Source: the human T2T-CHM13v2.0 reference genome, Homo sapiens. From it: DNA of 64,000 nt. Positions within the stretch are counted from its first letter, which is position 1. The number at the start of each line of letters is the position of its first letter. The notes beneath the pieces are model-generated. The model saw nothing but the letters and a program-made list of their open reading frames with translations. It was not told the DNA's origin and searched no databases. Positions 41,032-61,796 of this stretch are shown one piece after another. The position numbers and the translations under genes were made by a program. The stretch lies in the NCBI RefSeq assembly GCF_009914755.1, contig NC_060933.1; one strand, 5' to 3'.

Positions 41032-41415
41032 TGTCTTAGTCCCTTTATGCTGCTATAACAGAATACCTGAAAATGGATAATTTATAAAGAACAGAAATTT
41101 ATTTCTCACACTTCTAGAGGTTAGGAGTCCATGAAAAAAGTGCTGGCAGGTTCAGGCGTCTGGTGAGAGCTGCTCTCTTCTTTCCAAGATGGAGCCTTGC
41201 TGCTTCATCCTTCAGAGAGGAGGAACACCATGTCCTCACATGGACAAAAGTGGAAGGGCGAGAGGGGCCAAATGCTGCATGAAGCCTCTCATAAGGGCCT
41301 TAATCCTATTCATGAGGGAGAAGCCCTCATGGCGTAATCATCTCTTAAAGGCCCCACCTGTTAATACCATCACATTAACAACACCTGAATTTTGGAGGAG
41401 ACACATAGCAAACAC
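41032..41415 (-). mobile_element. MST/MLT1A-type MaLR LTR
   Basis: TGTCTTAGTCC...GCTGCTATAACAGAATACCTGA; ends approximate. Confidence 0.7.
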
Positions 41416-44021
41416 TAAATCTGAAGTCTGAAAGAACTCAATTTTTATTCACAGGATTTTGCCCATGATATCATTTTTTTAAAAACTCAATTTCATTTAA
41501 AAGAAACTTTGTTATCTATATTGTTTTTCTTGTTCGAAAAGGCTCTTTTGTTTTAAGCTAACAATATGGTTGACGGTAATAACTGGGGGAAAAAGTGCCT
41601 CTGCTTAAATGTTGTAAAAAATCGGTGAAACAGGATTTTGGACTCCTGGAGGATCCTTTACTCTTTTTACTACAGAAGTACCCATTGGATGATCTTTGTA
41701 CATTATTCTTCACCTTGTGTGAAGACCTCTGTGCTAGTCATGAGATAAGGATGTGATGTAAACTGTAACAATGGGTTAGGAGACTGATTGGAGATATTTC
41801 TAAGCTATACTCTAAAGGGACTTAGTGGGTCATTAGACACTGGAGTGAAAGATGCGTCAAAAATAATTAAGATTTTCAAATTGAGCAGCTAAATAGATTG
41901 TGATGCTATTTATTGCATAAGAAACAAAATAATCAGCAAGTTTTGGAAAGAGGATGGAATTCTGTTTGCCTATAGATCTTTAATGTGGAAATGTTCTAAA
42001 AGTCTGGAGCACTAAACAAAGGTCAAAGATATGGTTATAAATTTGGGAGACTTTAGTATATAGGTGGATGATACTATCTAAGGGAAAGTTTTTAACCAAG
42101 AGAGGAATAAATCTGATGATGAGACCCTGGGAAACCTTCAATTTAGAAGAGGCAGAATAGTAGTAGTAGTGTTGGGAAAGTATAATTGAAAACAAAATCT
42201 TCCAACCCAGAAAACCTTTCCACAAAGATAGAAGGAAAACAATTTTATGATTGAGTAAGCATTAGAGCAGGATGTGATGTGTATCACAAGCAGTCCCCTA
42301 AGAGATTTGCAAAGACAGAAGGAAATCTCACCCTTTTATATAGCCAACCTGATATAACCCCTTTCATTCAAGTTCTTAGGATAAACATTAACTAGTCCTC
42401 AAGTAAGAAGACTTGACAGCACTATTTGCCACATACGTAGTTTATTCTAAATTCACTTGGTAATTGGAGTGACTTTGCTAATTGGCTTTATACAAAGGAA
42501 AATACACTTTTCATATCTTCATGACAGGAGGTAGTTTTGCAGCTTGGAAGGAGGCTCCTGCTGAAGTTAGGCTTCTACTCCCACAGAAACTGGGAGTAAG
42601 GGTGCTATCTTCCTTGATGACTGAATTCCCAAGAGATAGTTACACGTTCTTGAGAAAGACATTCATGGGTCACAAAACTGGCAAGAGGCTTTGAAGCAAG
42701 AGATTTTTAAAAGATTTACATACACTTCAAAAAGACAAAGAATTTACAAGTTTTCTGAATGCTCTAAGAACAAAGAAGGAGGAGTCTTTCTTCTTATTTT
42801 CAACAAGGGGAATTAATTTTGTTCTTTTTAAATTTGTATTTACCCTTACATAAGTGATAGAACAGACAGAAAAAAACAGCTGTGGAAATGTGCGGGAAAT
42901 TACAATGAGTGCTATATGAAAACCAGAGGAAGAGCATATTTTGCAAGGAGTGAGGGAATAGTGCTGTCTTCAAGAACTTTGCATTCCCCTTGTGGAATAA
43001 AACTAACATACATTTGATAATAACATAACTAGATATGTAAAATTTGTAAAGACTAAATGTAAAAAGAATATAGCATTAGGATGTTTAATTACGTAGTATG
43101 GACTGCCAGTACTATAGGAATTCAGTGGCCTGAGGGCAATAAGACCTGGAGTAGGCAGGGAAGGATTTGTGGAGATTAGGAAACTTAAATGGGATTTTGA
43201 AGGAGAGATTAAATCTATGTAATTCACATTTTTAATATCAGTCTAAAACACATCTCTGTAGCTGTCTCTATAATAAAGATAAACTTAGCAATGGAACCAT
43301 GATACTCACAGTCCACTAGGCCAAAACGTTCCCTTGGATAGTGTTAATGCTTGAGTGAACAATGACACCATTGCTGTGACTTTTTCCTTTCTGTATTCCT
43401 TAGTCACCCCTCTTCTGGTTAACAGGTTCTTTCTTTTATAGCTTTAAGTCTTGCCTTGGAACCAATTTTTTTCTCCAGCATATTTATATGGATTCATTTA
43501 AAGCTTAACTTGCAAAGAGCAGCTTATTTTCACTTCTTAGAAGGTACTCTGCAGTTAACCTTGGTGCTGTCTACAGAGACAAAAATAAATTTCTTTGGAT
43601 TTTAGTTATCTTTCTATGTCAGAGATTCCCAAGACCATCCCCAGGTTGACGATTTGCTAGGAAGACTCACAGGACTCAGCATATATCCATATTCATGGTT
43701 ATGATTCATTATAGGGAAATAACATAAAGCAAAATTAGGCACTCTCCGCCTGGCACATACTAAAGTTACATACTCCCAGAAGAAAAGTAGATGTCAGCAT
43801 AAACCGTATTGTTTGTACAAACAATCTAGGCATAGTGAGTCACTCTTATTTAGGGAATTGTGGAATCCCTCCTGAAATCTAAGTTCACAGGTGCCAGGCA
43901 AAAAGGCCCTTTTAATCATAGAAGCCTCAGGCCTGCTGTGATAACTCTTTTCTCTACATGTTTTTTTTTTTAATTTATACAATGATTTGCAGGTAAAATC
44001 AAGAGTCCACATATCAAGTAA

Positions 44022-45853
<1,832 letters not shown>

Positions 45854-47412
45854 CAAGTTTTTTTTTAACATGAGAAAGGATTTATCCAAAGAATAGTAAG
45901 CCTAGGACTCACTTTAGAGCTTTTATTGCTTATTTTTAAGGCAATATCAAACAAAATAATCCCAAACCTATTCCTAAACTAGCTTGAATTTTTAAAAAGG
46001 GGATATTGGGAAGCTAGTTAGTACAGTCTCTTAATATTACTTTTATTAAATCCAGTAAGCTAATTCATTCTAGGAATTATTGCATAAGTTAAAATAAACC
46101 TTCCAAAGTAATTTTTCTCTTGGTCATCATAGAATTTTTTTTAATATGGAAAAGTATGAAAAAATAAAAATCATCTCTAATGCAATTACTCAGAGAAGAC
46201 CACCTCAATATTGTGGTATGTTACCTTTCAGGCTTCATTTTGTGTATAAAAGTATATACAAAGAAGTATATAAAACTTTTATAACTTTTATAAAAGTTCG
46301 CTTATATAAATATATATTATTTTATAAAATTAAGGTCATACTGTGCAGTTTGCTCTCCTTCTGTTTCATGAAGTATTACAGCATGAGTAATTTACTGTAT
46401 TAGAAAAATGTACTGCAAATATGTTTTCTAATTGCTGAGTAGCATTCCATCATAAGGCTATATATGTCTGAACAATCATTTTCCATTCTTCAGTCTTTTA
46501 AGTAACACTTCAGTGAACGTAGTGAACATCCTCATGCATAAATATTTATATTTATCTCTGATAATTATCTTAGAATAAAAGTATAAGTAAAAGTTATGAA
46601 CTATTTTAAAATTTTTTTAATTTCAAAATGCTTTCTAGAAAAGCTGTGCCAAATTATATCTCAACAGCAATGCATAGGGATGTACATTTCATCATTTGCC
46701 ACTATTGGTTATTATATTTTTATGTACTTTTGCCAAGTTGATAGGGGAGAAGTTATATATATTTTAATTTCCATTTCTTTTATTAATGTGATTGACTATT
46801 GCATTTCTTTTCTTAATGTGATTGACTATATATTTGTTGGGTGTTTAGGGTGGGTATGTATATATGTGAATTATCTCTTCTGTGCTTTGCCTATCTTTAT
46901 ATTTGTAATTTTTTTTCCCAATTTATAAGAGCTGTCTATATTGAAAATAAGTAAATGATGTTTAAGTATTTTCCTAGCTTATAATTCAGATTTTAATTTT
47001 ATAAACTTTGACATATGAAAGTTTTCTTTGTTGTATTTATGCTTATTCATTCATTTTTTCTTATATTCTCTTTTATATTCAACTTTTTATTTCAATTGAA
47101 ATGTAATATGATAAAAATATGAGTTTTTTAACAACAAAAAACTCAAAGGAAATATGTTTTTAGTTCATGTGTTTTGAGCCCTCCTCAGGGGATTTGTGTT
47201 GAGTTTATTACAGCTATGGAAATGGAAATTATAGAAGTTCCATATTTAACAGCCTTATGTTTTTGATCCTAAAAGTAGTTTGTTTTGAAAAGGTTTGAAA
47301 ACATACAAAAGCACACATATACTAAATTTTTTCCCATTGACTGGAGGAAATTGAGAAAGAATTTTGCTACAAATTAAATGTACAAAAAATATTGAAAGTG
47401 GGTTTGTTTTAG

Positions 47413-47541
<129 letters not shown>

Positions 47542-47727
47542 TAATCCAGGGTAGTCATGCATTTTCTTTTACTTTTTACTCAAGGACTTCAGTTCACTTC
47601 CTGAAATTTAATGTGCGGAGCTTCCAGATAAACAGCATAATCAGATGACTGTGGAACAAGGCATGGTTATGACATGTGCCCTGTATTGAAAATTAATGTC
47701 TTCCACCAATTAAAAGATGGCCCTTAG

Positions 47728-47871
<144 letters not shown>

Positions 47872-49157
47872 AAGAAATGACCTTCATTCTGAGACCAAAG
47901 TAGATTTACAGAACAAAGTTTTATATTTCACATTGCTGTGGACTATTATTACATATATCATTATTATATAAATCATGATGCTAGCCAGCAAAGATGTGAA
48001 AATATCTGCTCAAAACTTTCAAAGTTTAGTAAGTTTTTCTTCATGAGGCCACCAGTAAAAGACATTAATGAGAATTCCTTAGCAAGGATTTTGTAAGAAG
48101 TTTCTTAAACATTGTCAGTTAACATCACTCTTGTCTGGCAAAAGAAAAAAAATAGACTTTTTCAACTCAGCTTTTTGAGACCTGAAAAAATTATTATGTA
48201 AATTTTGCAATGTTAAAGATGCACAGAATATGTATGTATAGTTTTTACCACAGTGGATGTATAATACCTTGGCATCTTGTGTGATGTTTTACACACATGA
48301 GGGCTGGTGTTCATTAATACTGTTTTCTAATTTTTCCATAGTTAATCTATAATTAATTACTTCACTATACAAACAAATTAAGATGTTCAGATAATTGAAT
48401 AAGTACCTTTGTGTCCTTGTTCATTTATATCGCTGGCCAGCATTATAAGCAGGTGTATACTTTTAGCTTGTAGTTCCATGTACTGTAAATATTTTTCACA
48501 TAAAGGGAACAAATGTCTAGTTTTATTTGTATAGGAAATTTCCCTGACCCTAAATAATACATTTTGAAATGAAACAAGCTTACAAAGATATAATCTATTT
48601 TATTATGGTTTCCCTTGTATCTATTTGTGGTGAATGTGTTTTTTAAATGGAACTATCTCCAAATTTTTCTAAGACTACTATGAACAGTTTTCTTTTAAAA
48701 TTTTGAGATTAAGAATGCCAGGAATATTGTCATCCTTTGAGCTGCTGACTGCCAATAACATTCTTCGATCTCTGGGATTTATGCTCATGAACTAAATTTA
48801 AGCTTAAGCCATAAAATAGATTAGATTGTTTTTTAAAAATGGATAGCTCATTAAGAAGTGCAGCAGGTTAAGAATTTTTTCCTAAAGACTGTATATTTGA
48901 GGGGTTTCAGAATTTTGCATTGCAGTCATAGAAGAGATTTATTTCCTTTTTAGAGGGGAAATGAGGTAAATAAGTAAAAAAGTATGCTTGTTAATTTTAT
49001 TCAAGAATGCCAGTAGAAAATTCATAACGTGTATCTTTAAGAAAAATGAGCATACATCTTAAATCTTTTCAATTAAGTATAAGGGGTTGTTCGTTGTTGT
49101 CATTTGTTATAGTGCTACTCCACTTTAGACACCATAGCTAAAATAAAATATGGTGGG

Positions 49158-49200
<43 letters not shown>

Positions 49201-51030
49201 ATACAAAACTTAAAATACTTGCTGTTTTGATTAAAAAGAAAATAGTTTCTTACTTTATTTTTACTGGTATGTTCTACTTTTTTGAAAGTTGTACTGAAGA
49301 CTTCTGATTTTGGGTTGAAGGGAAGGAAAAGGAAGAAATGTTTTTTACATTCATTATTATACTTAAAGCATTTTTAAAGCATTTTAATAGTTCTGGATGC
49401 AGAAATCATCTAAAATGACAGTGAATTAGGTTTTAAAAAGATTTTAGATTTTTTTGAAAGTTTAATTTTTATTTGTAAAGACTCCTCAAGGATTTGTATA
49501 TGCAACACAGTAAGGAGATCTTCCATTTTACTACCTTTCAAGTGAAAAATAGCCTATCATACAATATGCTTGATTTCAGATTTTCATACTAAAACTTAAC
49601 TACATACTTAAAAGTAGGTTCTTATCAAGGGTCTCTAACATTGCTTTTTAAAACAAGATGTGAACTAACTTTTCTTAAACATTTTTTTAAATGCTTCATC
49701 TTTTAGTTTTATATAAAGAATCCCACATGTACATTCTTGTTTTTAGAATGGGGTGACTACCTTATTATAAAATTCCAAGTTTCCAAGAGACTTCTTTTCA
49801 TTGAGGCTTCGTAAAGTTTTCCATTTTGATTCTGACTACACATAAAAATAAGATAACCCTGTAGTTATTAAGTTGGTTCTGTACAAGAAACAGGTAAGTA
49901 ATTATTGTACCAGTTAATGCCAAAATATTTTTCACGTTAATATTCTTCAGAAACAAGGGTAAAGGTATTCTTAGAATTATGTAATTCTGTAACTATTCCA
50001 GTATATTAAGTTATACAATCTTTATATAAATGACTTTTTCCATGGGTACTTGTTTGGAAAATAGTCACTTTTTCACGCTATTTATATATGCTGCCAGTAA
50101 CACTATAATTTGCTATGGAAGAGTGTTCTTTTAACCTAAGGCTTCTAGTTTACAGTCAAGTGTAATTTTCATCACAACTATAACTTCTGGTATTTAAATT
50201 TTATTTAAACAGCTACAAAAGAGTTAGCAAATACCTACAGTTCTGTATCTATAGAGCCAATCTTGATGGTGGGTGTGGCATTATGTGCTCACTTTATTGA
50301 GCCTATGTTAATTTCTTTAGCATGCTCCCCCTAAATTGAAATAGTGATGTAGTAAATATTCAGAAGCGATTTTCTTTTGCATTTTTACCTAACCAAGGAA
50401 ACGGGCCACACACCTTGGTTTAGGGATGTTGTGATAGCTTACCTTCCAGTTTTTAAGAAATGCTTCCTGCAACTGCTGTCAACCACTGTATTGTCTTTAA
50501 TGAACACTGTTGTATCCCATCCTAATTCTTGTACTGAAATTATTTCTCATGAAAGTTTCTCTAATATTTCTAATGAAAGTTTCTCTAATTTGGGGGCATA
50601 ATGTACTAAGAATCAGTTTGCTGTATATTAGAATAAATAGTAACAGTAAGTCAGCAGGATTATCCAAACAAAAGACTAGGTTTTATGAGATAAGCTTGAT
50701 TTAAGAAAAAAACAATTAAAGTATGAATATCAGAAATACTGTGTGTTTACTCTCAGATTTTAGTTGGTTGGATTTAATATCAAGATAACTAGCTGCTAAG
50801 CGTTTCATAATTCTCACAGTGATATTAGATTTCAAAATGACACTGAGAGAACTGAAAAACTACATCAGTCAAATTCATGTATGTATATCATATAGCCTTT
50901 AACTTTTTACATTAATCAGATTCTTAGTAAAATGCAGACTGTATACCTAAATATTAAAATATTTACTTTTATAATCTTACCTTTTATTTCAATATAAATA
51001 AAATTCTTCTTAGGTTAAAAAATTAATTTC
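47872..51030 (+). other. JAK2: JAK2 3' UTR with alternative poly(A) signals
   Basis: AT-rich stretch without recognisable transposons after the stop; AATAAA 49142-49147, ATTAAA 49230-49235, distal AATAAA 50997-51002 followed by a GT-rich element; end approximate. Confidence 0.75.
49161..49194 (+). repeat. (TG)17 microsatellite in JAK2 3' UTR
   Basis: Direct count. Confidence 0.97.
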
Positions 51031-51740
51031 AGTTGTGTTTATGCCAGATGGCATTGCTTAGTTGGTGCAAGCTCTCAATATGTTTCATTCTTTTTTATAG
51101 TCTTTCACATTTATAAGGAAAAGCCTTATCTCCAACTGAAACACCAGTCTTACTACTACGGTTTTAAAAGTTGTTAATGATCATTATCTATTATAAGGCC
51201 TTTATTTACATAGCAAATTACTTAACATTTTATTTTGAATATAACAGATTTTTAAAACGAGACCTTTAAAGGAGCTCTAAGAGTCCCTGTTCTAGTTATT
51301 TGTATTATAAGCTTCTGTGAATGTTTTAATTTTAATAGCAGTAGTAGGAAGATATATGGCAGTAGAAGCACTCATATACATGCTATTTATTGAGGTAAAG
51401 TAAATCATCTTTGAGCAGTGTGAACAGACAGAAGCACAGCTTTTAGATCTGAATTATTGGTAAATAACAGATAGATCAAGGTGGTATGGAAAAATGGTAG
51501 AGCAGGCATATTACAGAGACAACAGGCAGCTAAGAAGGCAAATTATCAGTTGCAGATGATAAGACTTGTCACAATAAGCACTAAAAACACAAAGTGTGAA
51601 ATGGAAAAATCTGTTACCAGTTATTTATTTTCAAACACAGTTGTATACATAGATGAAAATGTTTAGGTGCTTTTCATACACAGATAATTAAGTACATGGT
51701 ATTTAATAATAAAAAAGTTTAAGGTCCTCCAAATACTTGA

Positions 51741-52102
<362 letters not shown>

Positions 52103-52509
52103 CGAGTATGAATTTTCTAAGAGCATGTAGTATAAGATTGTGAGTTGGAATTTATTTACTGAAATGAAAAACAATGAAGTTAAAGAAATCAAAGATACTA
52201 AAGCAAATGGAAAGATAAACCTAACAAGGCACTCAATAATGAAAATACTTAGTGGAATACTACTTGAAGTATACATATCATACTTTCTTCCTCTGCTTAA
52301 TAATTTTGTTGAAGGCTGTTATTACAGTGAGCTTTTATTGGCTATCCTAAATTTTAAGTATATTAGAACAAAATTTATTATTATGACCTTAGTAACATTT
52401 AAGACCCCTCAATTTTTTATTAGAGAAAAAAAGTTGTTTACAGAATCAAAGACTTCATCTTGATTTTTAAGAACAAATAGCTGAATTCTTTAACACCACC
52501 AGTTAACAA

Positions 52510-52821
<312 letters not shown>

Positions 52822-54515
52822 CAGTTAACAATTTTAATCTGCATAACCAAGGTATATAAGCCGTCATGTGCAGGCTGTAGGGAGCCCACAGCTAAACGAC
52901 AATAATTGGATTGTATTGATTGATAGCACTTACTGACTACAGTTAAGAGGCATTTAAAAATTAAAATAATAGTATTTCCCACAAATTCTGCCAGAATTGT
53001 TTTTTTAAAGGCTGTTATAAATCCTTGTTTCTATCAATAATTTTGAAGACAGTGTGAATCTCATGGTACCACTTTTTTTTACCTTTATTACTTTTATAAC
53101 TGCTTTGCAGTTTGTTGAATAGAAATTCTTGGTAATAGGAGTAAAGGTTGTTGTTGACAAAGAAACTTGAAACTGAGTTTTACCTTCTTATTGAAGGACT
53201 TTGAAAAATGTTGAAGTTGAATCCTAGAACAGTGAGCATACCATTATTCCTTAAGAAGGCACCATTCATTTTTAAAATTATTTCAGAGGAAGAAAATTCT
53301 AAAAATTGAGACTTTACTGTACAGAACAATCCTTTTCTAAAACATAGTTTGGAAATCTGAGATCTAAAGAATGATGAACATGGTGCTAGGAAAAAAGAAT
53401 TTCAGTTTCTATCATCTAAGATCATTCACATTTAATGGGAATTTTTTTCAACATCTTTAATTTCTCTTATTTTAAAACTACTGTCCTAAATGTGGAAGGT
53501 GAGAGTATGGACAATACAATCAAATGCCAAAAATACCTTGGTTCTAGTAATTGCCTAGGCCATTCTCTCACAGTTGCTCCAACAACTTAGCTGTTTAACA
53601 ATCAGATTCTTAGTAAAACATTTTTTCTTTTTCTTAAAAAAAAAAAAGACTATCCATATTGCATACCACTTCAGACTTTTCTACATAGACATTCACCCAT
53701 CAATACTGACAGTGCAAGCTACGTACAACTTCAAGTTGCATCAGATAACTCATATTAATGGTTGTAGTAGTGAAACTGATCTCCTAAGTATGTTGATAAA
53801 GTCCTAAATCTTGTTCAACATATTAAGAATAAAGAAGAGTAGATAAACCAATTATGGATGTAGCAAAGGAATCCTGGATAATCTTACTTGAGGGTGAATC
53901 CTGATGGTGTATCAATTTAGAATTCCCTGTTAAACATTCAGACAAAATTAGAAGATTACAACTTTCAGTTCTGCTACCGCTCTGGGAATATGAGCCCTAA
54001 TCATAGTTTTCAGGGAGCCTAATTTGGTGTGGCCTCAAATAATCTCATCATCCATAAAGATCCCAGAGGAAGGGTATGTTGGACCTGGGGTAGTGAGAGT
54101 TGGAATTTCATATATTCTTTCTAGGGCATGATTTTTTCAGCAGAGGTGTTATGCCTCCAAGAGTGTGAAAACTGATGTTGGAGGATGAAAAAATCATATA
54201 AAGCACAGAAATACAGTACATAAACAGATATGCAGTGATATTAGAGTGTCATGGTAGAGGAAATTAGGGAAAGATGTCTAAAATGTTCCTGGTGGGAAAG
54301 TTGGGGGAGGATAATGCAAAAAAAAAGTTGAGAAACACTACTTTAGAGTGTGCTCATATAGACATAGGTCAAACCAGCACTACCTCAGAAATAACCTCAA
54401 TATGATAAGCAGATACGACAGTGTCAGAAAAGCTAAGAGTACTAGATCTTTAAATAAATACTGAGCCAAAAAAAATAGTTTACACATAATCTTTTTAAAA
54501 AGTTACCTTATGTCA

Positions 54516-59829
<5,314 letters not shown>

Positions 59830-61796
59830 TACTGAATCCCACTGATTTAATATCTAAAAAAATAGTTACCTAATTACAATCTCTAGAATTTAAAGATCTC
59901 CTTCCTAGATGCAAAAAGTGCCTCTTTTTTCAATTGAAATACATCCCCAAGTACTCTTCTGTCGGGTTGTTTTTATATAGTCACAAAAAAAATAAATAAA
60001 TAATCCTCTCAAGAAAAGCAGGAGATTTTAACAATATGCACCATGTTAAAAAACATTTCTTGGTTGTTCAAGGAGATAATAAAGTATCTTTCACTATTAA
60101 AACCATATGTTATATTACTGTGTATTAAAATAAAAATAAAATTTCCTCAAACAGAACATTTTTGAGAAATAGGAAAGAAACTAATAATGCCAAATAAAGG
60201 TCATATCTTTGCTATGAAATTTACCCAGAAGACAATGTGCTCTTCTTCTTTGACTTAAAAATGCTGCCTTTTAAAAGAATTGGAGGCATTCTAATGGGTG
60301 TGTAGTATAGCATTGTGGCTTTGAAGTATATTTTTTTAATGATAAGCAATTTTTTCACGTGCAGTTTAGTGGCCATTTGTTCATAGTTGGATTACTACAT
60401 CCTATCCATCAAACAAATTAATTGCACAACAATTTGATAAAATGTTGACAGTCTTTGTAGAAGGAGCAATGTAGGGGATAATACTGCCTTTTGCTAGATG
60501 ACAAAGAAAGTTGAAAGTAAATGAATTTTTAAAAAGCTTGAACTGGATGACTTTTGCCTCAGAGTATTAGGTGAAAATAAAAAGAAGTGTTATTTAAATT
60601 AGACACTCTCAAGTCTAGACACATCCCTGGTTGCTTGAGGAAAGGAACCATATTTTCTAAAAGGTATCATATCTGCTACATGAAATATAACTAGAAGAGT
60701 GCTACTGGAGTGGTAGAAGAGAATCAGAGATTTAGTTGAAACCATTTATGAGCTATCTGAAGAAGCTAAGTCCAAAGAGGTTAGCTTGACTTGCTCACAT
60801 CAAAGATCTGCTCAGGAACACAGCCAGGCTAGAGCCCAGCTCTTCTGATTCTGATTAGTGCTCATTATACAACAACATGCTAAATTATTTTATTTTTAAA
60901 GAAATGAGCCTAGGTTGTAAACAAACCACAAATTTTAATCATTTAACAAATCTTTTTTGAAAGCTTGTAGTGAACATGGCACTGCTAAATACTTTTGGTG
61001 AACAAAAATGTGTCAGATGTCTTTTCAAGGGATTGTTAGTTGAAAATAGACTGAAATGTATCTTTAGAAAGCATTACAAAGATGACTTGCAAATAACTGG
61101 GAAAAAACCCACAACATTAAATAGTACATTTCTAAAAAGAAGTTTATTCTGATGAATTTACAGAAGCAAATGACAGGTAAAATTGAAGCAGCATCAGTTA
61201 TGCATTTAGGAAATATATTTAATCTATTTAAGTCAAATCAATAACCTGGGAAATATTAACCTAGAATCAATACTGCAAAACCATTTTGTATAAAAGTGAA
61301 TGACACCAACTAAAGCCATATATAAGAACATTCACAGCTATCAGATCAGAACTCTCAGGCAGAACTCATCATATTTTCTCCAAAAAGCAGCCCCCATCCC
61401 TAATGTACCTAATCATAATAATGACACCACACTTATATTAGTCATCAGAGCTCCGAAACCCTAAGTAAAAACTTTTGACTCATTTTTATTACTTGCACTT
61501 TCTTTCCATTCTCTTTCAATGCTTCATCAGTCTCTTCTTTTACACTCCCCCATAATTTTGTGTTGTGATTATTATGATAACCTTCTAATTAGTCTTCCTA
61601 CCTTCTCTCATTAGTCTTGCACATCACTATTAGGTCATTCTTCCCAAAGCACTATTATAACCATGTCATTCTTTTGCTCAAAAGCTTTCCAACTTTCTCC
61701 ATTTCCTACAGGATAAAGTCCAACATCCCAGACTGTCACCAGTGGCAGAGGCAGATATTAACTTCAAAAGTAAGGAAACCTGGGGTGGGGATTCAC

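Noticed and set aside
46772-46829. 30-bp-period tandem duplication in intron 23
   Set aside because: Ordinary slippage in degraded repeat-like sequence.
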